Shown piece after piece: positions 36,607-53,632 of a stretch of 64,000 nt of DNA; the first letter of the stretch is position 1, and the number at the start of each line of letters is the position of its first letter. Made by a program: the position numbers and the translations under genes. The notes under the pieces are model-generated. The model saw only the letters and a list, made by a program, of their open reading frames with translations. It was not told where the DNA came from and ran no database searches. The DNA lies in sequence record PP793740.1; one strand, 5' to 3'.

Positions 36607-36969
36607 TTATCCATACATTACGAAAGGTACTTCGTAAACAATTAGATAAGTATACATCAGTTTAAAACCAATGTGTAACCACTGATCTTGATTAAATGTA
36701 ATTTTATTATCACATTTTAAATAATCAATAATGCAATGAGCAATTGCTTCAATAAGTCCTAAAACTAATGAACCAGTGATGAAATAAACTGCACCGCCAT
36801 GCATAAAACTATGCGCGGGTAATACCCATTTCCAGTATAGCGAACCTAGTTCAGTAGTATGATTTTTAGCCTTTGCAATGAAATCATTTTGCAATGAAAA
36901 ATCAAAGATGAAGTGTGCCACAATTAAACCAAAGAATAATGCCATTGAGCTGACACTGATTAATTCCAT
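36607..36969 (-). CDS. DUF3307-family membrane protein
   Basis: AHFIFDFSLQ...H..H...H..ID..K...DQWLH pattern; multiple TM segments. Confidence 0.85.
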   Translation of the reverse strand: MELISVSSMALFFGLIVAHFIFDFSLQNDFIAKAKNHTTELGSLYWKWVLPAHSFMHGGAVYFITGSLVLGLIEAIAHCIIDYLKCDNKITFNQDQWLHIGFKLMYTYLIVYEVPFVMYG

Positions 36970-36980
36970 TTTATTTCCGC

Positions 36981-37343
36981 CTAGAAAGGTATCTCATCTT
37001 CAACAATGTGTGAATAGTCGATATTATGTTTTTCACATAATTCTTTAAATTTATCTATTTTGGTTATAGCCTCTAATAGATCAGAATGTAATTTATTTTT
37101 ATAATTCTTACCAAAATCAGCAGGGTCAAATACAGATTTATAGTAGGTATATATTTCAGAATATTCTTTCTTTAAAAGATCGATAACTACTGGATCATTG
37201 CCATCACCAAGATAACTAATCAGATGACATAAATCATAGTTTTGACGGCGAGCTGCTTTTAAGATAAGTTCATTAATTTCAATTAATTCAGACTTATTAC
37301 ATCGCCTTCTTTTTATATATCAAATGATTTTATTAAATATCAT
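36981..37343 (-). pseudogene. 120-codon gene interrupted by in-frame TGA at codon 8 (absent from ORF track)
   Basis: MIFNKII*YIKRRRCNKSELIEINELILKAARRQNYDLCHL...HIVEDEIPF; ATG sits 1 nt after the upstream TAA. Confidence 0.7.
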
Positions 37344-37344
37344 A

Positions 37345-37719
37345 TTAAGTGATTCCCAACCATTGTAGATAACCACTATCACTTAATCCACGATAATAAT
37401 CATCTTTATTTTTACGTAAATAACAATAAACTATTTTACCCATTAATTGATAGTTAGCTTCATTATCAAAGGTAAATTCTTTTTCTAATCTATTATTACT
37501 ATCCACTAATGAGATTACTACATTACCGTAACGTACTGTTAATTTAACTGTACGAGTAGAGTCGGTATCATGAAAGATATAAGTCAACCCATAATTCAAC
37601 TCATTATTTAATACTTGAATACTAGTAGATCTATTAGATTTAATCTGAAGTGGATGCTCAACAATCGCCTTGAATGCTTTATTGCATAAGAGAATATTTT
37701 GTATTTTTAATGAATCCAT
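37345..37719 (-). CDS. Hypothetical protein
   Basis: ORF with AGGT RBS. Confidence 0.75.
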   Translation of the reverse strand: MDSLKIQNILLCNKAFKAIVEHPLQIKSNRSTSIQVLNNELNYGLTYIFHDTDSTRTVKLTVRYGNVVISLVDSNNRLEKEFTFDNEANYQLMGKIVYCYLRKNKDDYYRGLSDSGYLQWLGIT

Positions 37720-37795
37720 GACATTACCTGACTTTGTATTTATAATTTACCTATATCAAATTAGAAGTAGGCAATAATGAGCTGACCCAGTAGTC

Positions 37796-37839
37796 TTCAA
37801 TCTCAGCCTAATTGGATCAGTGTTTAGACTGAGATTGAA
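37796..37839 (-). other. 16-bp intergenic RNA hairpin without U-tail
   Basis: TTCAATCTCAGTCTAA/TTAGGCTGAGATTGAA continuous on minus strand with one U-G pair; 12-nt loop. Confidence 0.6.
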
Positions 37840-37874
37840 TATTAAGCTGTAGTGGTACTTTAATCAATGATGTA

Positions 37875-38231
37875 TTATGGATTTCCGGCAAGCCAGCTTA
37901 CTGCACATATTGCTGCCTCATCAAATTGATTCAATGAGAATTTGGTTATCCGAACAGCCTGTGCCATATTAAGAACTTTAAATTCACTATCACCAGACTC
38001 AATATGAGATATCATGCCAAGATGATCATTGCTGGTATCATAAACTGCAATGCGGATATCCTTGCCTCTCTCAACCACATATGCAATAGATCGTTTTGTT
38101 ACAGGGTTATCGATGACATTAACTGTTTCACGCAATGTAGCGTCAATCCGGGATGCATTAATATGAATGCTAATTGCATTCAGCAAATGATGCTCAATCT
38201 GTCGCCCTGTTTCAAGAGTTAGAGAACCCAT
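37875..38231 (-). CDS. Hypothetical protein
   Basis: AGGAG RBS. Confidence 0.8.
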   Translation of the reverse strand: MGSLTLETGRQIEHHLLNAISIHINASRIDATLRETVNVIDNPVTKRSIAYVVERGKDIRIAVYDTSNDHLGMISHIESGDSEFKVLNMAQAVRITKFSLNQFDEAAICAVSWLAGNP

Positions 38232-38243
38232 TATAATCTCCTT

Positions 38244-38606
38244 TTAGAATCCAAGATAATCAAAGAATCCATGGTAATCGAATGTGCGTGTTGGGATACT
38301 TGTATCCGAAAAGAACGTATTTATTTGTTTGGCTAATTCAGTGTAGTAATGTGAATTATATTTGTTGATCTTAGTAACCATCTTCTCATCAAAGAGATAG
38401 GTTACACGCATATTCAGTGGTTTAACTACATTGATCTCAATAACTACCTTACGAACCATATCCTCAGATAAGAGTATACACTTAGCGTCACATGGTGAAA
38501 CCTCTATTTTAATACCTACACAAGGCTTGAGGTTATCGTGATATTTCGTGAGTTCCTCTAATACAGCATCCATAGTTTGGATGAGCTTTATATTGGTGAT
38601 GTTCAT
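38244..38606 (-). CDS. Hypothetical protein
   Basis: TAATG coupling. Confidence 0.75.
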   Translation of the reverse strand: MNITNIKLIQTMDAVLEELTKYHDNLKPCVGIKIEVSPCDAKCILLSEDMVRKVVIEINVVKPLNMRVTYLFDEKMVTKINKYNSHYYTELAKQINTFFSDTSIPTRTFDYHGFFDYLGF

Positions 38607-39343
38607 TACAGCCCCTCGTAAATATCCTTTCGTTTTGGATTGATGCCTGCAACCTTACCTTTATCATTATTGATGTAACAAAGGAATTCATCGCAAGTGG
38701 TGGTCTTTACAAATGGGATAATTTGAATGAGTTCTAGTAAAGTATATTCTTTACCAAAGTATTTACACATTTGTGTAAGTTGACTACACACTACATTATA
38801 AAAGCCCCTAGTATTTTGTAGTGTAAGATACTCACCATCAATCACTCTATCATTATTTACCATGTATACATCACGAATAGGATAAGTGTCTTTTAAGGGA
38901 CCATTGCCAAATTTGACACCATGTACCCCATTAGGTCCATTTAGTAAATAGTATCCAGTTGGTACTGACCAATAAGTAGTTCCTTTAAATCCCAATAGAT
39001 GTCCATATGGTTCATGATAATCGGATGTATAGCACTGATCATCCTCACAGATAACCTCCTGGTACATCGAGTATTCAACAGGTAGTTGTTTAGTTGGATC
39101 ACTAGGGTGAACCACCAATATTATTGAATTTTCTGGATAACTGGTCCAACCGCAACTACCCAGTTTGGATTGCTTATTGAAATTACATGGAGCAATTCGC
39201 GGAGTATGATTAGAGTAGAATAATGGTACTCCATAAAAAGCAAGTGGTTCGTAATTAACACTAGCTTTAGTATACATGCCAATACTAATCAGAAATACTG
39301 CACAGAATATACGCATCGATAATTTAAACATCAGTGCATCCAC
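38606..39343 (-). CDS. Exported Cys-rich protein
   Basis: Signal-like N-terminus; about 8 Cys in the mature part, in apparent pairs. Confidence 0.75.
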   Translation of the reverse strand: MDALMFKLSMRIFCAVFLISIGMYTKASVNYEPLAFYGVPLFYSNHTPRIAPCNFNKQSKLGSCGWTSYPENSIILVVHPSDPTKQLPVEYSMYQEVICEDDQCYTSDYHEPYGHLLGFKGTTYWSVPTGYYLLNGPNGVHGVKFGNGPLKDTYPIRDVYMVNNDRVIDGEYLTLQNTRGFYNVVCSQLTQMCKYFGKEYTLLELIQIIPFVKTTTCDEFLCYINNDKGKVAGINPKRKDIYEGL

Positions 39344-40115
39344 CCTCGGTTTCCTTAATTGCTAATTTTACTAATACACTTACCCATGCGCCTTCATCGA
39401 GTAGCCAACCAGCTGCACCCGTGCCATGCTCGGCAAATCCAAGACTATCTAAATAATGTAGCATGAATGTAGTCGGACCAAATCCATATTTCTTATCACA
39501 TTCATTACGTTTAGAAATATTCCACCCTTGGCGATATATATCCAATACATCATCAATATACTGCAATTCTGCTTCTGGATGGCCACAACCACACAGGTTT
39601 AATAATTTGCGTGTAATGGTATTGCATGTATCACTATATTCTTTTTCATTATAATCAATGAAAGTGCCTTCCCGTTTGAATAGTTGCTTATCGGATGTTA
39701 AATCATTAAAATGACCAGGATAATCTTGAGATGGAAGTGCACCTAGTGCCATTAGTATAATAACACGCGGATCTTTACGCTCAACTGATTCAATGAGTAC
39801 TTTAAAGTTGAGTTCTCGTTGTACCACATTGTTATCAATGTTGATATTATTCAGAAGAATGTCCATAGCTTCTTGACCATGCCAACTACGGAGGTTAGGT
39901 TGATTATTAGTATAACCAGTGATGGTCAATTGGTTAGCTGTGTTTGATTTACCAACAGTAACATGTAAGTAATAAGGGCATTGTTCTAATTTATCAGCAA
40001 TACCAGTTGAAGATTTGTTACCCTCAAGTAGTCCAACATCGCCATGACCGATATACAAACAGATACCTTCTGTAGAAGGTTGAGTAGTATAGTTAAAGTT
40101 CAAGGATTTAAACAT
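39324..40115 (-). CDS. Hypothetical protein with CGCG motif
   Basis: C-terminal LCGCGHPE...HYLDSLGFAEHG...WL..G pattern recalled from other phage proteins. Confidence 0.75.
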   Translation of the reverse strand: MFKSLNFNYTTQPSTEGICLYIGHGDVGLLEGNKSSTGIADKLEQCPYYLHVTVGKSNTANQLTITGYTNNQPNLRSWHGQEAMDILLNNINIDNNVVQRELNFKVLIESVERKDPRVIILMALGALPSQDYPGHFNDLTSDKQLFKREGTFIDYNEKEYSDTCNTITRKLLNLCGCGHPEAELQYIDDVLDIYRQGWNISKRNECDKKYGFGPTTFMLHYLDSLGFAEHGTGAAGWLLDEGAWVSVLVKLAIKETEGGCTDV

Positions 40116-40142
40116 ACTCTTTCCTCTATTATAAATGATTAG

Positions 40143-40583
40143 TTATTTACCGTTTATATAAAGATTAAATGGACATTGACACATGAATTCCGCATTTAGA
40201 ATACTTTCAATATTGTAACTAATTGATTTATCAGTGATGATGTTGATATCTAAATACCACGTTTTAGTATTTTGAGTAACTAGTCTGTATTCAATGTCAA
40301 TACTAAAGCCAGGTGCATCGACTGGGTCATTATCACCTTCATGCTGATAAATAAAGTGTGAAGATAATGTATATCTGGCTTTAATATATTCATCTGGTTT
40401 TATAACTTTTAAAGGGGCACTAATATGTGAAATAAAACCATGATAATTAAATTCTTTATCCCTAATGTCGATAACTTTAGGAGTAACCGATATATAGGCT
40501 GGCCATTGTGGTAAATCTAGTTCACCATGTTTAGATTGGTCTTTATCAACAATATGGAAAGCTCTAACAATCCTATTAAACAT
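40143..40583 (-). CDS. Hypothetical protein
   Basis: AAGG RBS. Confidence 0.75.
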   Translation of the reverse strand: MFNRIVRAFHIVDKDQSKHGELDLPQWPAYISVTPKVIDIRDKEFNYHGFISHISAPLKVIKPDEYIKARYTLSSHFIYQHEGDNDPVDAPGFSIDIEYRLVTQNTKTWYLDINIITDKSISYNIESILNAEFMCQCPFNLYINGK

Positions 40584-40617
40584 TTGATATACCTTTTAAC
40601 AAAAAAATTATAAAGAA

Positions 40618-40638
40618 GAGTCCCCATAATGGGGACTC
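40618..40638 (-). terminator. Intrinsic terminator
   Basis: GAGTCCCCA/TGGGGACTC. Confidence 0.8.
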
Positions 40639-40652
40639 TATTATATCGTGCT

Positions 40653-40904
40653 TTATTTTTTATCGCGACTAGATGGAGCTAGCTTATAGAACTTCCGGAA
40701 CTTATTAATAGACAATGTAAATGAATCTTCCCTACCATCTGGATAACCGAGATAAACATCACGTCGAGATAGTTTAATTAGCTTATGTGCAGTTGATACA
40801 CCATTGCGCTCAACTAGAAAAGTTCGACCAATATAAGCTTCTAGATTATCAAGCTCAGTTGCAGGAATATATTTAGATTCTTTCAGAGTCAGGGTAGTGC
40901 TCAT
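40653..40904 (-). CDS. Hypothetical protein
   Basis: ORF between tmk and terminator. Confidence 0.7.
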   Translation of the reverse strand: MSTTLTLKESKYIPATELDNLEAYIGRTFLVERNGVSTAHKLIKLSRRDVYLGYPDGREDSFTLSINKFRKFYKLAPSSRDKK

Positions 40905-40940
40905 TTAATTTCGTCACCAGTTACGAAGTAATAAATTGAT

Positions 40941-42002
40941 TTATTTCCAGAGTGTTTTACCAATTAGATCATTTTCTGTGATGAAACTATCTAATTGATG
41001 TCCATAGTAAAGTAGACTATGAATTTGTTGATTTAGACGTTCTTTATTTGACCCTAGGAACATCTTATGCTTTTCTTCATCCGGTAATTTATCATAGACA
41101 AGTTGGCAATACTTTTTAGCTACTACCTTACCTGATGCAAGAAAACGTTCATCCCCTGTAAATAGTTGAGGAACGATATTTTCATCTAGATATTTATTAA
41201 TCTCAGCATCCAGATCAAAATGTAAATCGCTGTCAGATACTTCTACAGGATTTTCCTGCTGCGTATCATTCCATGGAATGTCCGAACTTTCACTTTCACT
41301 ATCAAATTCGCTATTACTTGAGGATGTGTTAGATAGCTGCTCATCAAAAGATGACTGTTTATTCTTTTGTTTTTCACGCAAGAAGATAATCGATTCAACA
41401 ATTTCATTAACAATGACATCTAGACCACGATTAGCATCGACCGTAATAGAACTAGGTTGATTGATAAGTCGTTCAAAACCTTTATCAACCTTATCGAAGT
41501 AATCGGATCCTTTAGATTCATAATAATCAAGGCGCCTATTACTTTTCTTAATTCGTTCTTCACGTACTTCTTTAGGTGCAGTCAGGAAGAAGGTAGCTGG
41601 CTCTGGGATAGAGTGTAAGGTTCCTTGAAGGATATCCATAAACAATTTTGATAGATATGGATTAGTTTCTTCGAAAGGATACACATTTAGAGCATATGTC
41701 GATGCAATGAATCGCTCGGTAATAACAATCTTATCTTCTTTAAGAGCAGGTAAGATGATATTCTCTACATTCATCACTCTATATGCACTATGCATCAGTA
41801 CATCAAATTCCGGTGGTCGAACATCATTGTGTTTAGGCCAAATCAGCATTTGTCGGATTTCTTCTGATGTATTTGTACCGCCAGGTTCACGTAGTGTTAC
41901 GACATCATATCCACGTTTAAGAAGCTCCGCAACAACCATTTTTGTAACGGTCGTTTTACCGACACCTTCATTCCCTTCAATACTTACAAATAAACCATTC
42001 AT
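40941..42002 (-). CDS. tmk: Thymidylate kinase with acidic linker and C-terminal extension
   Basis: SIEGNEGVGKTT, TLREPGGT, IVITERFIAST..Y. Confidence 0.95.
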   Translation of the reverse strand: MNGLFVSIEGNEGVGKTTVTKMVVAELLKRGYDVVTLREPGGTNTSEEIRQMLIWPKHNDVRPPEFDVLMHSAYRVMNVENIILPALKEDKIVITERFIASTYALNVYPFEETNPYLSKLFMDILQGTLHSIPEPATFFLTAPKEVREERIKKSNRRLDYYESKGSDYFDKVDKGFERLINQPSSITVDANRGLDVIVNEIVESIIFLREKQKNKQSSFDEQLSNTSSSNSEFDSESESSDIPWNDTQQENPVEVSDSDLHFDLDAEINKYLDENIVPQLFTGDERFLASGKVVAKKYCQLVYDKLPDEEKHKMFLGSNKERLNQQIHSLLYYGHQLDSFITENDLIGKTLWK

Positions 42003-42334
42003 TACTGATCCTTCATCTTAAATTCAATTACTGCTTCAACGTTATCTTTTAAATCTTGTTGCGATAATTTTAATGAAGCCCTATAACCTAAGCTATATAG
42101 AACGTCAACTAATGCATCAATGCTTAGAGCTGGTAAATTACACATTTTAATATTTTCACTAAGTTCATCAGAGATACCTAGTTTAGTGAAAACATCGTCA
42201 ATCAATACTTTTTGAGAAATGGCTTTTTGTCGAACAGTTTGTACAATTACAATAACTAGATTAGATTTGATATCGTTAGAATGTGATTTTTTATTATCAC
42301 CATAAACTTCTTTAAATAAATTCTGATCCGCCAT
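42002..42334 (-). CDS. Degenerate XRE/HTH_37-like protein
   Basis: NLPALSIDALVDVLYSLGYRASLKL resembles the HTH_37 C-terminal pattern. Confidence 0.5.
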   Translation of the reverse strand: MADQNLFKEVYGDNKKSHSNDIKSNLVIVIVQTVRQKAISQKVLIDDVFTKLGISDELSENIKMCNLPALSIDALVDVLYSLGYRASLKLSQQDLKDNVEAVIEFKMKDQ

Positions 42335-42399
42335 GATACCTAATTCCTTAAATTATTAAAATGTATTATTTAACCATTAAACTTTTTAATATAAAATGA

Positions 42400-42423
42400 C
42401 CAGTGGGTACATTACCCACTGAT
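42400..42423 (-). terminator. Intrinsic terminator
   Basis: CAGTGGGTA/TACCCACTG. Confidence 0.75.
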
Positions 42424-42451
42424 CTTATTATATTGACATAGCTAGTATATA

Positions 42452-42856
42452 TTAGCTATTGACATCTTCAAAGAAGCTGGCTACACTTTCAACAACATCA
42501 TTCATAGCGCTGCTCTTATATTTGGTATCTACCACCGTAACAAGCTCGCCTTTACGATCGATAATACCAGAAACAGTTGCACCACCTGCATTATAGGAAT
42601 AACCCAGTTCAGCAATGTTTTCATTTTCTTTCATGTACGGTGCAGCTTTTTCAGCAAATACATAACTTACAGCTGCTGCCAGTTGCCCTGCACCTTCATG
42701 TACCTGAGCATACTGCTCGGTGGTCACGCCTGCCGGTTGTAGAACAACTTCTTCAAATAGGCCATCCGGGATTTCGAATACCCCGGCATCGGACATGCTT
42801 ACTTTTTCATTTAGGTTGTGAGTTTCGATAAACTTCTTGGTGGTTTCGATGGACAT
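42452..42856 (-). CDS. Acidic hypothetical protein
   Basis: GAGAG RBS; visibly higher GC than neighbours. Confidence 0.8.
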   Translation of the reverse strand: MSIETTKKFIETHNLNEKVSMSDAGVFEIPDGLFEEVVLQPAGVTTEQYAQVHEGAGQLAAAVSYVFAEKAAPYMKENENIAELGYSYNAGGATVSGIIDRKGELVTVVDTKYKSSAMNDVVESVASFFEDVNS

Positions 42857-42886
42857 TTTAGTACTCTCTCTATTTAGGGTGGTGGT

Positions 42887-43183
42887 TTAATTTACATCTT
42901 TCATTACAAAGCAACTACCATCATTAAAGACAATCTTAATTGGATTGTCAGTTAATGGTCGTTTATATACAACACATTTTACATCGGGGAGTTTAACTAC
43001 TTCTTTTAAAGCATCTGGCATACCAATTAGATTAATGGTGGCTGCTACTTTATTTAGTGTGTCAAGATGTGAAATCAGCTCATGTGCTGACTTAACCAAA
43101 TCTACCATTGTTTTGTCTTTATCTACCATGCTAGTTACTCGATTTGATATATGATGCACATACATCGCCAAAGTCTTCGCCAC
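42887..43183 (-). CDS. Hypothetical protein
   Basis: ORF overlapping upstream gene. Confidence 0.65.
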   Translation of the reverse strand: MAKTLAMYVHHISNRVTSMVDKDKTMVDLVKSAHELISHLDTLNKVAATINLIGMPDALKEVVKLPDVKCVVYKRPLTDNPIKIVFNDGSCFVMKDVN

Positions 43184-43625
43184 TAGTATCAGCTACAATT
43201 GCAACTGGTGACCATCGAGCGGCAACAGCCTCACATACACCGATCGAATTCACTCGACGAATCGCATGAGCACCAGTATCAATTACACTGAAACTGAGTT
43301 CACTAATGATTTCCACTCCTTTTAGTTCAGCGCTACTATCAATAACCTGGGTACTAATTAGATAGTTAGCTGTATCATTATTATACGCAAGTACTAGTCT
43401 AAAAACCATGAGGGAGTTATCATTATCGGTGATGCCAGCGACTAGCTCATGATTCGAAGTGAGTGTATAGATACAACTACTTTCTTGAGTGGTAATTGGT
43501 AATCCTGGTGAAGAACTATATACACTAGGTGCATTAGCTGTATGTAGTTCAAACTTATTTACAGCGGAGTTAGGACCAGGAACTTTATAACCAATAGGTC
43601 GGGCAGTGAAGATTACAACGTTCAT
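43131..43625 (-). CDS. Hypothetical protein (early)
   Basis: GAGGA RBS downstream of TATATTAC. Confidence 0.75.
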   Translation of the reverse strand: MNVVIFTARPIGYKVPGPNSAVNKFELHTANAPSVYSSSPGLPITTQESSCIYTLTSNHELVAGITDNDNSLMVFRLVLAYNNDTANYLISTQVIDSSAELKGVEIISELSFSVIDTGAHAIRRVNSIGVCEAVAARWSPVAIVADTSGEDFGDVCASYIKSSN

Positions 43626-43670
43626 TATGATTCCTCTTTACTAGATAGTTATTTTCCTAATTACACATTA

Positions 43671-43678
43671 GTAATATA
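43671..43678 (-). promoter_or_regulatory. Early promoter motif TATATTAC
   Basis: TTTGAGATT-TATATTAC. Confidence 0.8.
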
Positions 43679-43708
43679 AATCTCAAATTTTTTTTAATAC
43701 GATATAAA

Positions 43709-43726
43709 GCCTCCCCGAAGGGAGGC
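43709..43726 (-). terminator. Intrinsic terminator, UUCG loop
   Basis: GCCTCCC-TTCG-GGGAGGC. Confidence 0.85.
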
Positions 43727-43732
43727 AATATG

Positions 43733-44425
43733 TTAATTACCACTATAGGTACCTTCAGTACCTTGTTCTTTACGCCGTACTAAGCGTTGATGAATTGCAC
43801 TAAGAGCACGATCCATTGAATTAATCACTACCTGATTCTCTTCACATGCAAATGGGCCTGTTTGGTAACCTTCAAATAAATCTTTAACGATTTTAATTAG
43901 ACAGTCAGCAGTTAGGCCATTTACACCAACTTCTGGAACAAGTCCATTCTGCATTAGGATAACACATTCAGTCAGGTTATCACCAGGCATAGCAGCTGGG
44001 TTAGTCTGAGCATTATAACCAGTTACCACATAACGTTTAGTTGCACCTGATTTCTGGTCAATGCCACTTGCTTCAATATTTAGACCATTTTCATCAAAAT
44101 GTTCATGGCCATAAATACCTTGCATAGTTACCCATCCACCATCTTCTTGATAAATCCAATCTACCCCATTTACATGATAAGTATCGCCTGGTTCAGGGTC
44201 AGCTGGAAGATCTTTAGTAGTGGTTAATGCACGGATACGCGCATATTCTTCAATTGCAATTTGTATATCAGTTGCAGTTATATTCTTCTCAGTTTCAGAA
44301 GCTTCGTCATGTTGTGATTTATCACTACCTTCCTTTTGGTCATTATCCATATCAGAAGCATCTACTGTACTTTTAGCTTCTTTACTTTCTAAGGAAGCTA
44401 ACCACTCAAGATTAGGTTTAGACAT
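43733..44425 (-). CDS. tad1: Tad1-family (Thoeris/CBASS signal sponge) domain with long acidic N-terminal extension (gp184-like)
   Basis: C-terminal QNG...GVNG...DCLIKIV.D....YQTGPFACEEN.......AL..I..R...R...GTEGT matches recalled Tad1 FQAGPFSSREN...[22 protein letters not shown]; start revised to MSKPN behind GAGG. Confidence 0.8.
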   Translation of the reverse strand: MSKPNLEWLASLESKEAKSTVDASDMDNDQKEGSDKSQHDEASETEKNITATDIQIAIEEYARIRALTTTKDLPADPEPGDTYHVNGVDWIYQEDGGWVTMQGIYGHEHFDENGLNIEASGIDQKSGATKRYVVTGYNAQTNPAAMPGDNLTECVILMQNGLVPEVGVNGLTADCLIKIVKDLFEGYQTGPFACEENQVVINSMDRALSAIHQRLVRRKEQGTEGTYSGN

Positions 44426-44432
44426 ACTTACC

Positions 44433-44738
44433 TCAATAAATGAAACCACCAATGTAAAGTGACACTACAACATCGGCAACCCGAGGGTCTTGTGAATATT
44501 TAGATTTGACTAGTTTAATAAGTTCGGCTCGATTTTTAATGAAGCCTAGTTTCTTATTATCAATTTCTTCAGCTTCAATTAGGAAGTCATTTAACTTCTT
44601 CTTACTACCCAGTACATTAATCACCATTTGATCAATAACTGCATTAGTATTTGATAGTTTAGTTAACTCTTGTTCAAAAACTTCCTTACGTCCTTCTGAT
44701 CCAATTAGAGCTAGACCGATCTTTTTAAGTAGAGACAT
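44433..44738 (-). CDS. Hypothetical protein
   Basis: AGGT RBS. Confidence 0.75.
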   Translation of the reverse strand: MSLLKKIGLALIGSEGRKEVFEQELTKLSNTNAVIDQMVINVLGSKKKLNDFLIEAEEIDNKKLGFIKNRAELIKLVKSKYSQDPRVADVVVSLYIGGFIY

Positions 44739-44796
44739 GTTAATTACCTATTACATTGGTTTAAGAATGGTTACAATAAATAACTATTCCAAGTAT

Positions 44797-53569
<8,773 letters not shown>

Positions 53570-53632
53570 TGACGATTAGTAAAGTATCATATCGTTGTTT
53601 AACTTAGTATTACCAAAATAGGAAAATAGAAA

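Noticed and set aside
8107-37322. Stop-codon reassignment as the explanation for the in-frame stops
   Set aside because: TAG, TAA and TGA each occur once as interruptions and all three terminate normal genes; long core genes need no readthrough
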